A stretch of 64,000 nt of DNA, taken from NCBI GenBank assembly GCA_045545875.1, contig JAZQBS010000022.1:845-64844 (forward strand), in the 5' to 3' direction. Shown in pieces: positions 6,479 to 14,594 of this stretch (positions within the stretch are counted from its first letter, which is position 1; every line of letters begins with the position of its first letter). Both the position numbers and the translations under genes were made by a program. Origin of the DNA: Bacteroidales bacterium (GTDB lineage: Bacteria > Bacteroidota > Bacteroidia > Bacteroidales > UBA3663). A model generated the notes under the pieces. The model saw nothing but the letters and a program-made list of their open reading frames with translations, had not been told where the DNA came from and did not search any database.

Positions 6479-8227
6479 TTAAAGTTCAACAGTGCAAACC
6501 TTCACGTTGGAAAGACCGTTGCCGGTGAGGGCGTTGTAAGGAGTCTTGGGGAAGACGAGGTTGGTCATCGAGGCACGACCGCCATCGACATACATCTCGA
6601 TGGAGCAGATGTCCATCCAAAGCTGCACGTGATAGGTGTTCTTCTTGCCGCAGATCTGCTCAACAGGAATCCATGTGCCGCTGTTGGTGCCCATAGCTGG
6701 CTTGGGATCGTAGGTCTCGGGAGCGAAAGCGTCGTTGGGGATGATGCCCGAACGCGAGCGGTCCATGATGAGACGGCCGGCCTTGCAAGCGAAGAAGACT
6801 TCCTCACCCTCGTTGTTGGTGAGCGAGAAGGTGCTGCCGTTCTTGACATCCATGTCGATGACGAGCTGAGCCTTGTTGTCACCAAGCTTGATGGTCTTGC
6901 CTTCGGTGGTGAACTCGGCGGGCTTCACCTGAGCGAGGATTTCATCGACGGGCTTCTGGCCTACGTAAACCTCCTTGCCCTGCTGGAAGGCGAAGAGCTG
7001 GCGAGGCATACCCATCTGCGAACGATACTGACGAGTGGGGAGGTCGTTGGCATACTGCCAGTTGCTCATCCACGGGATGCTGATGATGCGGCCCTTGGGC
7101 TCGTTGCTGAAGGTAACGGCTGCATAGTGGTCCTTGCCCCAGTCGAGCCACTTGACGGTCTCCTTCGGGTTGTCGCACTTGAACTCCTTGCCGTCGAAAG
7201 TGCCTACGAAATATTCGCTGGCAGAGCCACCGAACCAGCAGCCTGGGTTGACGTTGACGATCATCACATACTTCTTCAGGTTGGTACCCTCAACAGGGAG
7301 CTCGAAGAAGTCGGGGCACTCGAACATACGAGGCTTGGCACCGTAACCGTCGCCGAAAGCGCTGACATAGGTCCAGTCGTGGAGGTTGTCGGAGCAGAAG
7401 AACTGCATCTCGTTGTCGGCAGAAATGATGACATAGTATTTGCCATTGTACTCGAAGAGCTTGGGGTCGCGGAAGTCGTTGCGGCCGTCGGCAGCCACGA
7501 TGCGTGGGTTGTCGACGAACTTGGTGTAGGTGCGGCCACCATCAACACTCCATGCGCCTGACTGTACCTGAGCACGACCTGCAGAGGTGTAGTAGCTGTA
7601 GATGGTGTCACCCTTTACGATGCTCGAACCAGAGAAGATCTGACCGAGGGTGTCGCGTACGATGGCTGGTGGAAGTTCGGTCCAGTGCACCATGTCGGGG
7701 CTCACGGTGTGACCCCAGTGCATGTTGCCCCACTTGCTGCCGTAGGGGTTGTACTGGTAGAAGAGATGATACTCACCATCCTTGTAGGTCATACCGTTGG
7801 GGTCGTTCATCCAGCCATAGGCGGGGCTGAAGTGGTAGGCGGGACGATAGTATTCGCGGTTGGTGGTGTCGAATTCGTCGCTGAGCTCCAGACGGGAAAG
7901 AGCGAGGGCGCCAGCGGGGAGGTTCTTGATCTCGACGCAAGCCTTCTTGCCTGCGGGCAGCGCCATGGGGACATAGTAATCGATGGTATCGATGGCCAGA
8001 CGAACGTCCATCCAAACGTCGGCTTCATCGCCGGTGCTGACACGCACCAGGGCCTCGCCCTTATCCTCCTCGATAGGAAGGAGTATGTAGCGGGTAGGGT
8101 TGGTCACATCGACAACGGTCACGTCGCCTTGCTGAGAAACGGTAAACGAAGGGCCAGCGGGCTGGCTGTTGCAAGCTGCGAGCATCAGGCCTGCACTTGC
8201 TGCGATCAGAAGATGTTGAATTTTCAT
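6479..8227 (-). CDS. GH32 beta-fructofuranosidase / exo-fructanase lipoprotein (BT1759-like)
   Basis: Canonical GH32 motifs are present: WMNDPNG, FRDPKLF and MFECPDFF. The lipobox is MLAAC. I place the start at ATG 8227; the track start at 8233 is a GTG two codons upstream. Confidence 0.92.
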   Translation of the reverse strand: MKIQHLLIAASAGLMLAACNSQPAGPSFTVSQQGDVTVVDVTNPTRYILLPIEEDKGEALVRVSTGDEADVWMDVRLAIDTIDYYVPMALPAGKKACVEIKNLPAGALALSRLELSDEFDTTNREYYRPAYHFSPAYGWMNDPNGMTYKDGEYHLFYQYNPYGSKWGNMHWGHTVSPDMVHWTELPPAIVRDTLGQIFSGSSIVKGDTIYSYYTSAGRAQVQSGAWSVDGGRTYTKFVDNPRIVAADGRNDFRDPKLFEYNGKYYVIISADNEMQFFCSDNLHDWTYVSAFGDGYGAKPRMFECPDFFELPVEGTNLKKYVMIVNVNPGCWFGGSASEYFVGTFDGKEFKCDNPKETVKWLDWGKDHYAAVTFSNEPKGRIISIPWMSNWQYANDLPTRQYRSQMGMPRQLFAFQQGKEVYVGQKPVDEILAQVKPAEFTTEGKTIKLGDNKAQLVIDMDVKNGSTFSLTNNEGEEVFFACKAGRLIMDRSRSGIIPNDAFAPETYDPKPAMGTNSGTWIPVEQICGKKNTYHVQLWMDICSIEMYVDGGRASMTNLVFPKTPYNALTGNGLSNVKVCTVEL

Positions 8228-8281
8228 GTTCACGTATTAATTAAAGATGATTAATTTTTGAGGTCGTGGAGTTTTTCGCTG

Positions 8282-8289
8282 CAAAGATA
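8282..8289 (-). promoter_or_regulatory. -7 promoter box (TATCTTTG on the minus strand)
   Basis: Exact TAnnTTTG match about 55 nt upstream of the GH32 ATG. Confidence 0.45.
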
Positions 8290-8393
8290 GAGAATATTTG
8301 CGTGCGAACACAAAAGATATGTTGCAAAAAAGGAAAAATATGTTGCAAATGACAATTTGTTCACTATTTTATGTCAAAGATGCATCATTTGTC

Positions 8394-10703
8394 CTAAAAA
8401 ATCCGAACATCTCCACGATAAAGATGCAGCGAGTGATCATCTTCAATACGGAACTCCGCACCCATCAAACCTTTCGAACCTTTCGTATCCATCCTTACCT
8501 CCTCGATGCCTTGACCCGAACCCTGCGAAGGGTCGAGGTTCCAGGCATCGGCCGAAACGACCTGCGTGTTGCGCTCGGCGAAGAGCGCCACACCCGTAGC
8601 GTCGGCATCGTTGGCATAGATGCGGATCGAAGCGGCGTAGGTGTCGTTGACAAAGATGTCGAGGATGGAGCCGTCGAGGAATACGTGCAGCTTGACCTCC
8701 TGCCCTACCTCAATGGCTGTGGGCAGTGCGCTCTCATAGCGACCGCCGAAGCTGCCGCCGTCGTTGTTGATACGAGCCAGCGAGATGAGATCGACAGTGA
8801 GCGTGGAACCGCTCAGCGAGATGCGAGCCTGGCTGTTGCCGCTCTTCAGCACGTCGATGCCGAAGGCTGAGCCCGTAGCCTGGAAGGTGGCACACACTTC
8901 GACCTGACGACCGGAGACGGTCGAGATGGCTTCGGTGCCATTGAGCTGGAAGCCCTCCTTGTGGTAGGCACCTTCTTTCTTGCGCATGCCTGCGAGTCCG
9001 CTATAAGGTTTCTGCTGAAGCAGACCGTTGGCATCGAGGCTCCATTCGCGCGGCAGGCTGTAGCAATGTGCCCAACCGAGGTCGTAGTTGACCGACGAAG
9101 CCACCTTGTCGGGCACGATGCCGAGGGCGATGGTCTTGCCATCCTTCTGATAGATGGTGGGCGAAAGCAGGCCGTAGCCGTCCTTGGTCATGCCGCTGAG
9201 TTCGACGGTGCGGGGCCAGGTGCCTTCGATGGGCTGGAACTTTCCGTCGGCGTCAATCTTGCCGACCCAATAGAGTGTGCGCACGCCAAGGCCGGTGTTC
9301 TGTGGTGTGACGGTGAAGAGATAGCGGCCGTCGCCCATCGAGGTGACATTGGGCATCTCCCAGAATGTGCCGTGTGACGAGACATTGGTGCCCTGGAAGA
9401 AGAGCGTGCCGTCGTTGCTCCAATTGCCTGTACCCTCGTTGTACTTGTGCAGGGTGCAGCAGCCTATGCCTCCCTTGCTCGAACCTACGATGATGTAGGC
9501 ACCATGCTCGGTGCGGAAGAAGTAGGGATCGCGGAAGTCGTCGCTGAGACCGGCAGGGCGACCGTTGATGCGGGGATTGTTCGCAGCCTTGGTCCAGTCG
9601 ATGAGGGTGGCATCGGTGGGCGAAGCAAAGCTGATCATGGCCTTGCCGTAATCGACACCCGTATAGATGATGCCGGGATATTGTCCGAAGATCTTCTCAT
9701 CCTCGGCTACGCAGCCCGACCAGCAGCCCTTGATGTCGTAGTATTCGGCGGGGGCGATGGCGGTCTTGACTTCGGACCAGTTGTAGAGGTTTTCGCTCAC
9801 GATGTGACCCCAGTGCAGGCGACACATGTAGGGGCCATTGCCGTTCTTCTGGAAGAAGACGTGCCACTTCCCGTCAGAATATGTCATGCCATGGCTCTCG
9901 TTGGTCCAGGCGTGGCTGGGCATGCCATGGAACTTGGGACGATGGATCTCGTCGGCCCAATATTTGGCGGGATAAGAGAGTTGGGGAGCCTCGGCGGGCA
10001 GCTGGGATTTGTAGTTCGAATCCACTTCGTCGGCGCTCCACGTAGTATTATATATATTAATGTCATCTACGATTCCGTTGATGGTGTTGAGCAGGAACTT
10101 GTCCTGACGGACGTCGTTGATGTTCTTGCCCACGAGGAAGGCTGCCGTGCCGCAGGAGATCGTTGCATTGCGTGCCGTGGTGCCCGAAGCGACCTTCTGA
10201 CCGTTGAGGTAAAGCACGACACTGCCACGTCCGCTGGCAGGGATGGTAACGGTGGCGACGAGGTTGTTCCACTGGTATTTGGGCAGTGTACCCGTGCCAT
10301 TGACGACGATGACCGAATTGTTGACGTAACACTTGAACTGATAGTTGCCACGGTTGCTGACATCGAACGACATGCCTGTCTTGGCACTTTCGTTGATGTT
10401 TCCAGCAAGGCTGGTGTACTCCTCGCGGTCGATGTCGATATTCATCATGGGATAGGTCTCGAGCGCCGTCCAGAGGCTGAAGGTCACGTCGGACGTGCAG
10501 CTCGACAGGTCGGCTGACTGACTAAGGTACTGACTGTAGCCGTCGAAACGAACGGCTTTGCCCACCACGCCCTTGACGATGAGCGGGGTGCGGGCTCCGG
10601 TAACGTTGGTAGCATCATCCATCGGAATGGAAAGAACCTGGGCCTGGCCCACTGTGAGCAGGCCCAGGGAAGCTACGAAAAGGGTTGTTCCAAGCTTTTT
10701 CAT
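8394..10703 (-). CDS. LamG (concanavalin A-like) + divergent GH32 domain protein; sits in the position of the BT1760 endo-levanase
   Basis: 769 aa with a signal peptide but no lipobox. The N-terminal ~230 aa have LamG_3-like features (VRFDG...LYLNG...VGKN...IVDDINIYN). The GH32 core has RDP (FRDPYFF) and E(C)P-like (WEMPNV) motifs. The nucleophile box reads WTNESHG instead of WMNDPNG. Confidence 0.8.
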   Translation of the reverse strand: MKKLGTTLFVASLGLLTVGQAQVLSIPMDDATNVTGARTPLIVKGVVGKAVRFDGYSQYLSQSADLSSCTSDVTFSLWTALETYPMMNIDIDREEYTSLAGNINESAKTGMSFDVSNRGNYQFKCYVNNSVIVVNGTGTLPKYQWNNLVATVTIPASGRGSVVLYLNGQKVASGTTARNATISCGTAAFLVGKNINDVRQDKFLLNTINGIVDDINIYNTTWSADEVDSNYKSQLPAEAPQLSYPAKYWADEIHRPKFHGMPSHAWTNESHGMTYSDGKWHVFFQKNGNGPYMCRLHWGHIVSENLYNWSEVKTAIAPAEYYDIKGCWSGCVAEDEKIFGQYPGIIYTGVDYGKAMISFASPTDATLIDWTKAANNPRINGRPAGLSDDFRDPYFFRTEHGAYIIVGSSKGGIGCCTLHKYNEGTGNWSNDGTLFFQGTNVSSHGTFWEMPNVTSMGDGRYLFTVTPQNTGLGVRTLYWVGKIDADGKFQPIEGTWPRTVELSGMTKDGYGLLSPTIYQKDGKTIALGIVPDKVASSVNYDLGWAHCYSLPREWSLDANGLLQQKPYSGLAGMRKKEGAYHKEGFQLNGTEAISTVSGRQVEVCATFQATGSAFGIDVLKSGNSQARISLSGSTLTVDLISLARINNDGGSFGGRYESALPTAIEVGQEVKLHVFLDGSILDIFVNDTYAASIRIYANDADATGVALFAERNTQVVSADAWNLDPSQGSGQGIEEVRMDTKGSKGLMGAEFRIEDDHSLHLYRGDVRIF

Positions 10704-10763
10704 AATTATGATTTTGAGGAAAGGACTGCGGGGTCGCGACTCCCCGCAGTTTAATCTATAAAA

Positions 10764-12776
10764 TCACTCCATCAGATAGTCGATGGTGTTCTTGGTGAGG
10801 AGCTCGACGTTGTCCTGATACTGGTTGCCGCCAGCCTGGTTGAACTCGTAGGCCGAGAGACCGTTGCAGATGGCCTTGCCCAGGAATTCGTCGGTGGGAT
10901 TGAACTCGACGATACCGGCGCAGCAGTAGTCCTGCACGTGTCCCCAGGTAGCGAGGACGGTGGAAGCGGTGGCTTCCTGCCAGTTGGCAACCACGTTAGG
11001 AGTGCCGGGGAAGCCGAAGGCGTTGAGGTCCCACATACAGTTGTGGTCTTCGCGAACGCCAGGACCTTCGAGCGGGAAGTTGGGGAAGCCGTAACCATTG
11101 GGGTCGGTGAGCTTGATGCCAGCGAAGATCACGTGGTCACGATGGTCGTACTTGAGCTCCATGCCCGAGCCGATGACATTGTTGACGCACCATACGTCGC
11201 CGCCTTCACCACCTTCGCCACTGCTGAAGATGCCGGGAGCGAGGCGATCCTCGATGCGGGCGATACCGCTGATGACCTGGGTAGCGTGCTTCGAGAGGTA
11301 GAGGTTGCCACCATTGGCCAGGTAACGGCGGATGCCAGCCAAGCCTTCGGCATCGATAGGCAGGTTCTCATAGCCGATGCCCAGACCGATGCGGTCGATG
11401 TGGATCCAGAGTGCCTTGTAGATGGCGACGTCGAGGGTGGCGAGGTCGGCAGTGGTGACGAAGGCACCCTTGTCGTTGTCGATGTAGGTCTCCTTGAACC
11501 AGCGTGCAGCAGCTACCTCATCGTCGTCGGGCAGATTCTCGTAGCTGTCGGCAGTGAGGAGATAAGCGGCCTTGAACTTCGAGATGCCGCGGAGATAATC
11601 GAGGGCGTTGGCAGTGAGTCGCTCGGTGTTGCCCTGATAGATGTTGCCACCGTCGATGTTCTGCTTGAACTCGTAGGCCGAGAGGCCGTTGGCGATGATC
11701 TTGCCACCAAAGCCACTACCCTTCTTGAACTCTACGATGCCGGCGCAGCAGTAGTCCTGGACGTGTCCCCAAGTAGCGAGGACGGTCGAGTTGGTAGCTG
11801 CCTCCCAGTTGGCCACCACGTTGGGGTCGCCCGAGAATCCGTAGGCATTGAGGTCCCACATGCAGTTGTGGTCTTCGCGCAGGCCGGGGCCTTCGAGCGG
11901 GAAGTTGTAGAAGCCGTAGTTGTTGGGGTCGTCACCCTCGATGCCTGCAAAGAGGGCGTGGGTGCGATGGTTGTAGGAAACGGGCTGACCGGAACCGATG
12001 ACGGGGTTGACACACCAGATGTCGTTGCCTACGCCGCCTTCGCCATCACCGAAGATGCCGGGTGCGTACATGTCGTCGATGCGGGCAATGCCGTTGACGA
12101 GCTGGGTGGCGTGCTTGGTGAGATAAAGGTTACCACCATTGACTGCATAGTTATGGATGTCGCCAAGGATCTGGCTGTCGAAAGGCAGGTTCTCGTAGCC
12201 CTTGCCGATGCCCACGCGGTCGATGTGGATCCAAAGTGCGGTGAACACCTTGGGATCGAGCGAAGCAATCTGGTCGGTGGTGATGAAGGCACCGGTGCCC
12301 TGGAAGACGTAGTTCTGCTGGAACCACTCGGCGGCAGCCACTTCGTCGTCGTCGGGCAGCTGGCTGTAGTCGGCGGCAGTGAGCACGTAGCCCACCATCA
12401 TCGTGCCTGTAGAGGGCACTTCGGGAGCCTCGATGAAGATATCGACCGACTGGCCGAGCGACATGAGTCCGTCGGCCGTGGTATATTTGACCGTGAAGGT
12501 GAGGTTCTGGCCATAGGGGCAGAGCACGACGTAGCTGGTCTGGCTGGCATCGACGGTGGCCTCCACCTCGTTGTTGCGATAGATAACGTAAGAGGTAGCA
12601 CCGGGCACTGCATTCCAGGTGAGTGTCAGCTCGCGACGGTCGAGGGAGGAAGTGAGACCCGAGACGGTGGGCAGTCCCTCGTTGGCTGCACCTGGCAGTT
12701 CGACATCGCTACAGGAAGAGAAGAAGGCGACGCCGGAGATGAGTGCAGCAACAATATATTGATAAGTCGTTTTCAT
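10764..12776 (-). CDS. surface glycan-binding lipoprotein with an Fn3-like N-terminal domain and two tandem ~270-aa modules (possibly DUF4960-type; SGBP position of the PUL)
   Basis: The lipobox is FFSSC. Residues 129-403 and 404-673 (track numbering) are clearly homologous, roughly two thirds identical by eye. The likely start is ATG 12776; the track start at 12785 is a TTG inside an AT-word repeat. Confidence 0.7.
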   Translation of the reverse strand: MKTTYQYIVAALISGVAFFSSCSDVELPGAANEGLPTVSGLTSSLDRRELTLTWNAVPGATSYVIYRNNEVEATVDASQTSYVVLCPYGQNLTFTVKYTTADGLMSLGQSVDIFIEAPEVPSTGTMMVGYVLTAADYSQLPDDDEVAAAEWFQQNYVFQGTGAFITTDQIASLDPKVFTALWIHIDRVGIGKGYENLPFDSQILGDIHNYAVNGGNLYLTKHATQLVNGIARIDDMYAPGIFGDGEGGVGNDIWCVNPVIGSGQPVSYNHRTHALFAGIEGDDPNNYGFYNFPLEGPGLREDHNCMWDLNAYGFSGDPNVVANWEAATNSTVLATWGHVQDYCCAGIVEFKKGSGFGGKIIANGLSAYEFKQNIDGGNIYQGNTERLTANALDYLRGISKFKAAYLLTADSYENLPDDDEVAAARWFKETYIDNDKGAFVTTADLATLDVAIYKALWIHIDRIGLGIGYENLPIDAEGLAGIRRYLANGGNLYLSKHATQVISGIARIEDRLAPGIFSSGEGGEGGDVWCVNNVIGSGMELKYDHRDHVIFAGIKLTDPNGYGFPNFPLEGPGVREDHNCMWDLNAFGFPGTPNVVANWQEATASTVLATWGHVQDYCCAGIVEFNPTDEFLGKAICNGLSAYEFNQAGGNQYQDNVELLTKNTIDYLME

Positions 12777-12825
12777 AATTAACAATTAATAATTAACAAT
12801 TAACAATTAATTTTGGGGTTCCCTT

Positions 12826-14499
12826 TTATTGATAGAGACCGTTGCTGCGGTCAACCTCGGTCTGGGAGATTGGGAGGAAGATCTCGTCGTCGGACATCGA
12901 AGCATCGCTGTAATAGCCTTCGAAGTTGGCCTCATACTTGAAATAGGCATTCATCGTGGCCGAAACATTGCCCCAGCGGCAGAGGTCGAACCAGCGCTGA
13001 CCTTCCATAGCGAGTTCCAGACGACGCTCCATGCGGACAGCACGGCGTGCATAATCCTGGTTCCAACCGGCCGAAGAATACTCCTCGACGTAGTAGTCAG
13101 CCTTGTTGATATCGAGATCGACGGGCAGATAGGTGCCAGCCTGCTCGACGGTGCGGATGGCCTTGCGACGTACCTGGTTGATGAGGTCGCGGGCTTCGTT
13201 GAGGTCCTGACCGAGCTCGATGAGCGCTTCGGCACGAAGGAGGACGATGTCGGCGTAACGGATGAAGATGAAGTTGAGGGGCGAAGAGTAAGGATACTGC
13301 TTGAGACACATCGGATCGTCGGGGTCGATGCACCACTTCTTGCCGCTGTAACCACTATAGGTGTTGGCGTCGCGGATCCAGGCACTGCCGTAGATGTACT
13401 TGCCCGTACCATTGTCGCGCCAGGGGAAGCCGATGCGGCCGACGGTGTAGTCGAGACGTGGGTCGAGCGAACCGCTGTAGTCGGAAGTCACGTTCTCGGC
13501 GGGAGCATCGTCGTTGAGGTAAGGCAGACCGGTGTCGGGATTGGTGCGGAAGGCATCGACGAGGTTCTGCGAAGCGTGGAAGAAGTCGTCGCCACTGCCA
13601 TAGAGGTTGCCCTCGCTATAAGTGATATTGAGCAGGTTGCTCCAGTTGATGTGCGAATTGTTGTTCACATTGGAGCACTGCATGGCGAGGATGGATTCGC
13701 GGGTATTGTTGAACTCGATCTTCGACATGTCGCCATAGTTGTCGTAGAAGGCATACTGACCGCAGTCGATGACAGCCTTGGCATAGGTGGCCACGTCGTT
13801 CCAGTTGCGCTCGTAGGCGCTAACACGTGCCAGCATGGCAGCAGCACCGAATTTGTTCACACGTCCTACCGAAGTCTGACGATCGGGAAGAACCGAATAA
13901 GCCTCCTTGAGGTCATCGAGGATGAAGCCTATCATCTCGGCGCGGGTATAGCGGTCGTAGCGGATTTCGCTGGCGTTCTCGTCCTCGGTGAAATAAGGGA
14001 AGCGCTCGAAGATGCGATAGAGGTCGAAGTAGTAGTAGGCACGGAGGAACTTGAGTTCGCCGAGATACTGGGCCTTGACGGTCTCGCTGAGCGAAGTGGC
14101 ATTCTGCACCGAACGCATGGCGATGTGGACACGCGAGATGGCGTAGTAGTTGTTCTCCCACTTGAAGAGGCAGGTGGGGTTGGTGGCCGAGATGCTGGAA
14201 ATCTCGAGCAGGTGGATGTTGTTCTCCATCGAAGTGCCGCTACCGCCCTTCAGGGCATCGTCGGAACGGACGTCGAAGACCCAGTTGGTGGATGGGCCCG
14301 AGAAAGCCTCGTTGTTGCCGATGAAGTGAGCCTCCAGACCTGCGTAAGCTGCTGCCATCAGACCATCGACGGCATTCTCGTCCATCTGCTCATCGGTGAA
14401 CTGACCGTAGGGATAAGTCTCGAGCATATCATTGCAGCTGGCCATGAAGAAGGCGGCACCGCAGAGGAGACTTGTAGCAAAAATATTATAGAGTTTCAT
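12826..14499 (-). CDS. SusD/RagB-family nutrient-binding lipoprotein
   Basis: The lipobox is FMASC. Length, TPR-like composition and position immediately downstream of SusC fit the family. I place the start at ATG 14499; the track start is a TTG inside the AT-word repeat. Confidence 0.9.
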   Translation of the reverse strand: MKLYNIFATSLLCGAAFFMASCNDMLETYPYGQFTDEQMDENAVDGLMAAAYAGLEAHFIGNNEAFSGPSTNWVFDVRSDDALKGGSGTSMENNIHLLEISSISATNPTCLFKWENNYYAISRVHIAMRSVQNATSLSETVKAQYLGELKFLRAYYYFDLYRIFERFPYFTEDENASEIRYDRYTRAEMIGFILDDLKEAYSVLPDRQTSVGRVNKFGAAAMLARVSAYERNWNDVATYAKAVIDCGQYAFYDNYGDMSKIEFNNTRESILAMQCSNVNNNSHINWSNLLNITYSEGNLYGSGDDFFHASQNLVDAFRTNPDTGLPYLNDDAPAENVTSDYSGSLDPRLDYTVGRIGFPWRDNGTGKYIYGSAWIRDANTYSGYSGKKWCIDPDDPMCLKQYPYSSPLNFIFIRYADIVLLRAEALIELGQDLNEARDLINQVRRKAIRTVEQAGTYLPVDLDINKADYYVEEYSSAGWNQDYARRAVRMERRLELAMEGQRWFDLCRWGNVSATMNAYFKYEANFEGYYSDASMSDDEIFLPISQTEVDRSNGLYQ

Positions 14500-14594
14500 A
14501 TGATTTTCAATTAACAATTAATAATTAACAAATAACAATTAATAATTAACAATTAACAATTAATGATTATCAAGTAATAATTAATAATTGTTGG
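14500..14594. repeat. TTAACAATTAA-type AT-word tandem repeat filling the SusC-SusD spacer
   Basis: The sequence is TTAACAATTAATAATTAACAAATAACAATTAATAATTAACAATTAACAATTAATG...AATAATTAATAATTGTTGG. The words are self-complementary (AATT/TTAA cores) with a 10-11-nt period. Confidence 0.8.

Noticed and set aside
12777-12785. N-terminal extensions appear in the ORF track: MLI- at 12785 and 14517, MN- at 8233, 12 codons at 42487, 38 codons at 33820, 32 codons at 58832 and 31 codons at 41276.
   Set aside because: The track starts I checked at the sequence level are TTG or GTG codons (12785, 14517, 42487 and 58832 are TTG; 8233 and 33820 are GTG). Those at 12785 and 14517 lie inside the AT-word repeats. 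I did not check the start codon at 41276. In each case an ATG follows directly before a normal signal peptide, lipobox or conserved N-terminus.
12829-14514. Very long antisense ORFs mirror real genes almost end to end. Examples are 12829..14514, 10938..12782, 15303..17021, 19243..20913, 43344..44441, 45279..46367, 47079..48326, 54053..55594, 55770..57338, 30918..31781 and 37921..38685.
   Set aside because: Each one lies in the codon-aligned antisense frame of a gene with strong family motifs. In that frame, stops arise only from sense TTA, CTA or TCA codons, which the GC-rich host genes almost completely avoid. The SusD gene, for example, has none in about 560 codons. The predicted antisense proteins are low-complexity (Val/Gly/Asp/Ala/Glu-rich) with no motifs. 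They are shadow ORFs caused by codon bias, not overlapping genes.
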